This document shows, in pieces, positions 58,150 through 64,000 of a stretch of DNA of 64,000 nt. Source of the DNA: the human T2T-CHM13v2.0 reference genome, Homo sapiens; NCBI RefSeq assembly GCF_009914755.1, contig NC_060934.1. One strand, given 5' to 3'. A program made the position numbers and the translations under genes. The notes below the pieces were generated by a model. That model was not told the origin of the DNA, searched no databases, and worked only from the letters and a program-made list of their open reading frames with translations. Position 1 is the stretch's first letter. Each line of letters opens with the position of its first letter.

Positions 58150-58445
58150 TTTTTTTTTTTTATACGGAGTCTCGCTCTGCTGCCCAGGCTGGAGTGCAGT
58201 GGTGCAATCTCGGCTCACTGCCAGCTCCGTCTCCTGGGTTCACACCATTCTCCCGCCTCAGGCTCCTGAGTAGCTGGGACTACAGGTGCCTGCCACCAAA
58301 CCTGGCTAATTTTGTTTTTGTATTTTTAGTAGAGACGGGGTTTCACCGTGTTAGCCAGGATGGTCTCGATCTCCTGACCTCGTGATCCACCCGCATCTGC
58401 CTCCCAAAGTGCTGGGATTACAGGCGTGAGCCACCGCGCTAGGCT
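58150..58445 (-). mobile_element. AluY
   Basis: Reverse Alu with Y diagnostics, TSD tgca(c/t)attggctt. Confidence 0.9.
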
Positions 58446-58767
58446 GCATATTGGCTTTTTAAAATTTCACTTATCACTTAACATTATATGATATGCAATT
58501 TAAATGTTCTTAAATATTCCTGAAAAACAAGTTTATGGTTGCACAGGGTTTATTTTCTACCAAAACCAAATTTGACTATCCTCCTCCTAGTGTTAGATAT
58601 TATGTTCAACTTTTCACCATAAAAAACAATGCATAACTTGCAAAAACCAAAAAAGAATTATTGGCTGCAATATTCAAATGAAATGATAAAAATCAAAATC
58701 AATACATGTTGAAGTAAATGTCTACAAAATACACTATTATATCAAATTAACTGTTAAATTTAATTCA

Positions 58768-59079
<312 letters not shown>

Positions 59080-59369
59080 TAAAATTGTTTTGTTACATTT
59101 GAAAGCAATTTGTGAGTTGAATGCTTACTCATCAGGAGCATTCCTGAAAACGGACAGGACAGTGAGTTGTAAGAGCCAAACGTGAATTACAAATTGAGAC
59201 AGCCAAATTGCAAGAGCCAAGTTAATTTTTAAAAACACTTTCTGTATCTTACGGCACAACAAAACACTTTTACTACAAAACATGTATTGTATAACGGATG
59301 TGGCTGCGTTTGACAGTTTGAGATGACACTGAGGAGTGTGAAAGAGAGCCTGGACCTTCAAAGCTTGCA

Positions 59370-60480
59370 AACGGCCCGGGCTATTTCTCCACCTCTTCGC
59401 TACTCAAAGCGCTGGCATCGTTTCCTGGGAACCTGTGAGAAATGCCGAGTCTCGGACCCATCCAGAGCGCCCGAATGGAAACCTAGGCGTTACGAGGCCC
59501 CAGGTTCAGCGTCTCACGGGTCCTGCACCACCTGGGACGCCCCGCAAGCAGCGGGCATGCCGGGCCCCCAGAAGACTCCGAAAGCCACCCATTCCCTAAA
59601 CGGGGAGGGCCTCGTCCGCGCGTCCCAGCGCCCTCCCCGGAAGCCCCGCCGCTCCCACACCCAGGATGGGGCCACATGGGCACTAAAAGGCGGGCAGGAG
59701 CGCCCAGTCTCGAGATGGCTGGCTCGCCTTTCCAGTCCGGGCCCTCGGGGTGCCCGTGTGAAAAGATGTGACACTGAAGCCTGGGGAAGAAGTTTGAACC
59801 TCTCACTAATTCACGTAACGGGAGCCGCCGGCAGCGCTGACGGCTGCACCTCCCCTCCCACGCGGACACTACCTGCAGGATCGGACGACCCCCAGAACTG
59901 TTTGCCAACAAAGACATGCAGGGGGCGGAGCCTGAGCGTCAGATACCGTGAGCGGCGTGCAGAGGGCGGAGCCTAGGAGTCAGATACCGCGAGAAGTAGT
60001 CTCCCGAAGAGGTTCGGACAAGCGCAGGCGCACTACAATTCCCGCCCTGGCCGCGAAGGTGGCACCCGCAGCGGGAGGCGGGGCCGGGCCTTCGGGACAA
60101 AGATCGCGAGATTTAATGGCGAGTCACAGCTACTTCTTCCTGGCAGAGACCGGAAGTGCGGTCCGCGGAGCGTCTCTGGCGCTTACCCTGCTTTGGGCCT
60201 GCGTTGCTGCTGCTGCTCCTCCGCTCCCCCGTCGTATCGCCTGCCCTGGATCGAAGTGATGGGGGATGCCAAGGAGGCCGGAGCCGAGGGTCCGCCGGCC
60301 GGGGCCGCCGCTCGAGGAGGGCTCAGCCTCCTGTCCCAGGGAGAATCCGAGGAATCTTCTGCACAGGTGAGTCCTCCGCGGAGGGGGACCTGCCAGGGAT
60401 GTGGGAGCGGAGGACCCGCTCCACCGGGGAGGGATGCCACGGTTCCCGGCAGATTCTGGAGGCTTCTCCATGTTTCCCTG
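59370..60480. promoter_or_regulatory. CpG-island promoter of EDRF1 with bidirectional-type motif set
   Basis: Dense CpG. GC boxes near 59922, 59964 and 60077; NRF1-like GCGCAGGCGCA 60022-60032; ZNF143/THAP11-type ACTACAATTCCC 60032-60043; TCGCGAGA 60104-60111; ETS ACCGGAAGTG 60149-60158. Confidence 0.88.
60259..60366 (+). CDS. EDRF1: EDRF1 (C10orf137) coding exon 1, MGDAKEAG...ESSAQ
   Basis: ATG in strong context (gtgATGg) inside a CpG island, 36 codons, donor CAG|GTGAGT. Recognised EDRF1 N-terminus. Confidence 0.93.
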
Positions 60481-60950
60481 ACACCCCCAAAACAGGGAGT
60501 TGAAGTCCATGCTCCAGTCGGCAGGTATTCGTATTAAAAGCAGTTCTGGTAGCCGACAGGTGAATTAGATACGATCTTTCCTCTCAAGGAGGGTACATGT
60601 AAATATGTCGTTCCAAAACGTGGCACAGTCGTGCAAAGCAGGAGGGAAGAAACGGTGCCAGGTAGTGACTCGCCGAGAATGAGACCGAACTAATTCACAA
60701 AGGGTGTAAAATGTTTGCCATGCAGAAGAGGTACTGCGTGAAAGGTTAGAATATTGAACCCAGACGCCGAACTTGCTTTGGGAGTGTGCAAGTGCAGGCT
60801 GTGAGGAACGAACCCCCAATGCCTTTCTATGAAGTTAGAGACTCAAGAGTATTTGAACCATGCATGCATGCATGAACCGATGCATCGATTACTAAATATT
60901 TGCATTAAAACAAAAAGCCCAAATGTTCTACCAGACTATTTTATGAATGA

Positions 60951-61276
<326 letters not shown>

Positions 61277-61652
61277 GAATTAAAATACATCTTTAATACT
61301 GAAAATAGGCTTTACTAAAGTTTGCATCTAGTTAACATGATACCATTGAGTCTCCTTGGTTTCTGCTTCTCCACTTTACATGAATACATTTTAAAAGAGA
61401 TGTGGGTGGTCCATTTTCTAGCTGATAACCATAACCATCATACTCCTTGACTCATCTTTTTTCTTTGAAGTTGGTGTAAAAGAACTAAGTAAATGTTACC
61501 ATTTATGCTCAAATTTATTAAGTGCTGTTAGTAACATGTGGCATACGTTCCTTGTGAAGCCTGGTGTGACAGGTTCTTGTTTTCTTTTTATAAAGGTGAG
61601 ATTTTTCGTTCTTAGTAATTTTCATTAAAGTTTCACCCAATGTGTTAATTAG

Positions 61653-61861
61653 GGATCAGCTTTATTTCTTGGAGGCAATGAAGTGAAGAGCCGAGCTGTG
61701 GTGAAATACTCTTCTGCCCCTCCTCGAACAGCATTTGCACGCCTTGAAGAGAAAACAGACTTGAAACTCCCACCTGCCAACTGGTTACGAGAGAGTGCCA
61801 AACTAGGGCCAGCAGGAACTACCATTCTTGGCAACAGCAAGAAAAGCAAGCCATTTTCAAG
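61653..61861 (+). CDS. EDRF1: EDRF1 coding exon 2 (GSALFLGGNEVKSRAVVKY...SKPFS)
   Basis: Acceptor TTAG at 61649-61652, 209 nt open in frame with exon 1, donor AAG|GTAAAT, phase 2. Confidence 0.92.
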
Positions 61862-63516
61862 GTAAATATTAATCAGTGGCATTTTTACCTGCCCCTCCAC
61901 CCTCACTTAAAACTCTTATTTGCTTTTAAATTCAGTTTGTAATGCCTATTAACTTGTCGAGATTTCTCTTTAGAGAAAGATCACATTTGATTTTCAAAGG
62001 CTTTTTATTCTGATAATAGATGATGTTAAAACATGAAGATGTACATACAATATCAATTGCATATGCTTCTTTTAAGTCTACGTCATGTTATCAGCAAAGA
62101 TGAGTTTTGACTGCCAAAGTTCAATCAGCCCTTTCATTTTAGCCAATTTGCATACCTTTTGAATATGTGAATACAAAGGATCAGCTTGGTGCATGAGGAG
62201 GAAAACCTTGAACATTCCTTCATCTTTCCTGTGGAGTTTTTCATTAAATGGTGGCAGGTTGATCTGGAAAAGCCAGATTTAAAAACCCAGCATGTTGGGT
62301 GACCTACACCTTGACTTTGACACCAGAACTGATGGTGTTCAAAGTTGAGAGAGTAGCCTGAGGTCTTATAGAGAAAAATGTATTAATGTACATACTGTAG
62401 GACATTTAATGTGTAGGGTTCTCTTTTCTTCTTCCCCCTTCTCAGCAACTCAATCTAAAATATTTCCATGTAACTTGTAGCAAGAGGCACAAATACACTA
62501 ATACTTTATGAGCTGGTATTTTGGAAATTATCCTAAAGCCTCAGAAAATAAAAGTTATATTTGCAAAAATGCTGTTTGTTTGTAGCATCATTTATAGGAG
62601 CAAAAAGTTGGGAATAACCCAAATACCATTTTTTAAAAGAATGGCTTAATCAGTTGTGATTTGTCAACATAATTAAATGTTGTGAGGAAATTTGAATAAT
62701 TATATTGACTCTATACAAATGCTGTGGCAAGTATTTATATGCTTATCTCATTTAATTCTCACAACAACTCTTTGAGATAGGCACTGTTAATTATATTGCA
62801 CCTGAGAAAACGGAAGCTGAGAAGAGCTAAATAATTTGGCTCAAGCATACAGTAAATCACAAAGCATGCTTTGCTGTTAGGTAGTCCTTGGTAAGTGTCC
62901 TGACTCTGCCATTTAGTAGTTGGAACATGGTGATGTCGGGTACCTTTCAGGCTTATAGACTATAGATGTGCTTCAGGTGGTACGTGGCATCAGTTGGCTG
63001 CTCAATTAACATTTTTTTTTAATTTCCTTTTGTGGCTGAATTGGTGTCAGGTACATTTTTTTCATGTATTTTTTTAAGAGGTATTGTATATCACTAGAAA
63101 CACAATCTCAGAAAGTAAAATCCTGATAAATGTTTCTGTTTCTGTTTTTCTTATCTCTCCACCTAAAAAGAATAAAGTTTTGAACTATTTTCCCTTGGAG
63201 ACTTTGAGTTTTGTGATTACAAAAATAAAGAATAATTGTTTTTATTCTAAATATTTCCTACTGGATGCTTCTAATGATTATTACCATGTTTTATCAAATC
63301 TAAGATGCCATTGACTTTAAGACACACCATTATTTTAGTACCACTAAGAAAAAAAAACTTGCCAACTGTGATGGTGATACACATCCTGGTTTCAGAGTTG
63401 TTAAAATGTGGAAAATGTGTATCCTAGAAGCAATGAGCTACAGTATTGTTATTAAGCTCTACTTGCATGATTATGAGCATGACCTCATAACCTGTGTCCT
63501 TTTTTCTCTTTGGTAG

Positions 63517-63583
63517 CTTTGGCATGGCATATGACTTTATTGATTCAGTGGGAAATGATGTGGATGTTGTCTCTGACTCTGAA
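63517..63583 (+). CDS. EDRF1: EDRF1 coding exon 3 (SFGMAYDFIDSVGNDVDVVSDSE); gene continues beyond the window
   Basis: Polypyrimidine tract plus TAG acceptor, 67 nt restoring phase 0 (108+209+67=384), donor GAA|GTAAGT. Confidence 0.92.
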
Positions 63584-64000
63584 GTAAGTGTTATTTGTCG
63601 CTTAATGTAATTTTGGAGGTGTTTTGTGATAGGTGTTTTATATCATGCTGTGTTTTGCATAATATAAATGTGCAAGTCTTGAGAAATTAGTGATGAAATA
63701 AGATAAAACTTACCTGATTATTGAGTATCTTTTTTGTTGTTAAAGTATCATTGTTTACCACATTTGTATTTAAAGAGGAAGGAATAATCAATCCCCAAAC
63801 ACTGGCAGTGGTAATAATATATTGATGGTTATATTTTAATGATAGTAATTGAAACTGATAATAGTGTTTGGGATTATTCTGTATATGTTACCAGTTGAGT
63901 TACAAATGATATTTCTAGTAAAATCTATTGGATCCTTAGTGGCTTTGATCTGATATGCTAAAAGCCTGGGTCAGCATAACAGTGTGACGTATACACCCTT

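Noticed and set aside
59323-59976. 217-aa + strand ORF and overlapping - strand ORFs
   Set aside because: GC-rich CpG-island sequence with few stops, no recognisable domain or exon structure.

Overview
Primate (very likely human) genomic DNA, recognisable as the TEX36-EDRF1 interval (from memory, chr10q26). It holds the first three coding exons of testis gene TEX36 on the - strand (ATG 23404, exons 2261-2392 and 1436-1516) and the first three coding exons of EDRF1 on the + strand (ATG 60259), which sits behind a CpG-island promoter with bidirectional-type motifs. TEX36 intron 1 contains a ~16.5 kb nested retroelement stack in the gene's own orientation: an old L1 interrupted by a THE1 LTR, the processed aldolase A pseudogene ALDOAP2, Alus and a younger near-full-length L1PA. 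The 36 kb between the genes is repeat-rich (Alu, MIR, L2, LTRs, DNA transposons, a ~400 bp polypurine tract, a twin-primed inverted L1PA). I see no new multi-gene system. The best unexplained leads are a 47-codon uORF whose stop overlaps the EDRF1 start (TGATG), uORFs created by a duplication in the TEX36 leader, the sense-oriented aldolase retrocopy, and a decoy AG|GT splice site before EDRF1 exon 2. Repeat subfamily names are by-eye calls from remembered consensus sequences, and boundaries without a cited TSD are approximate.
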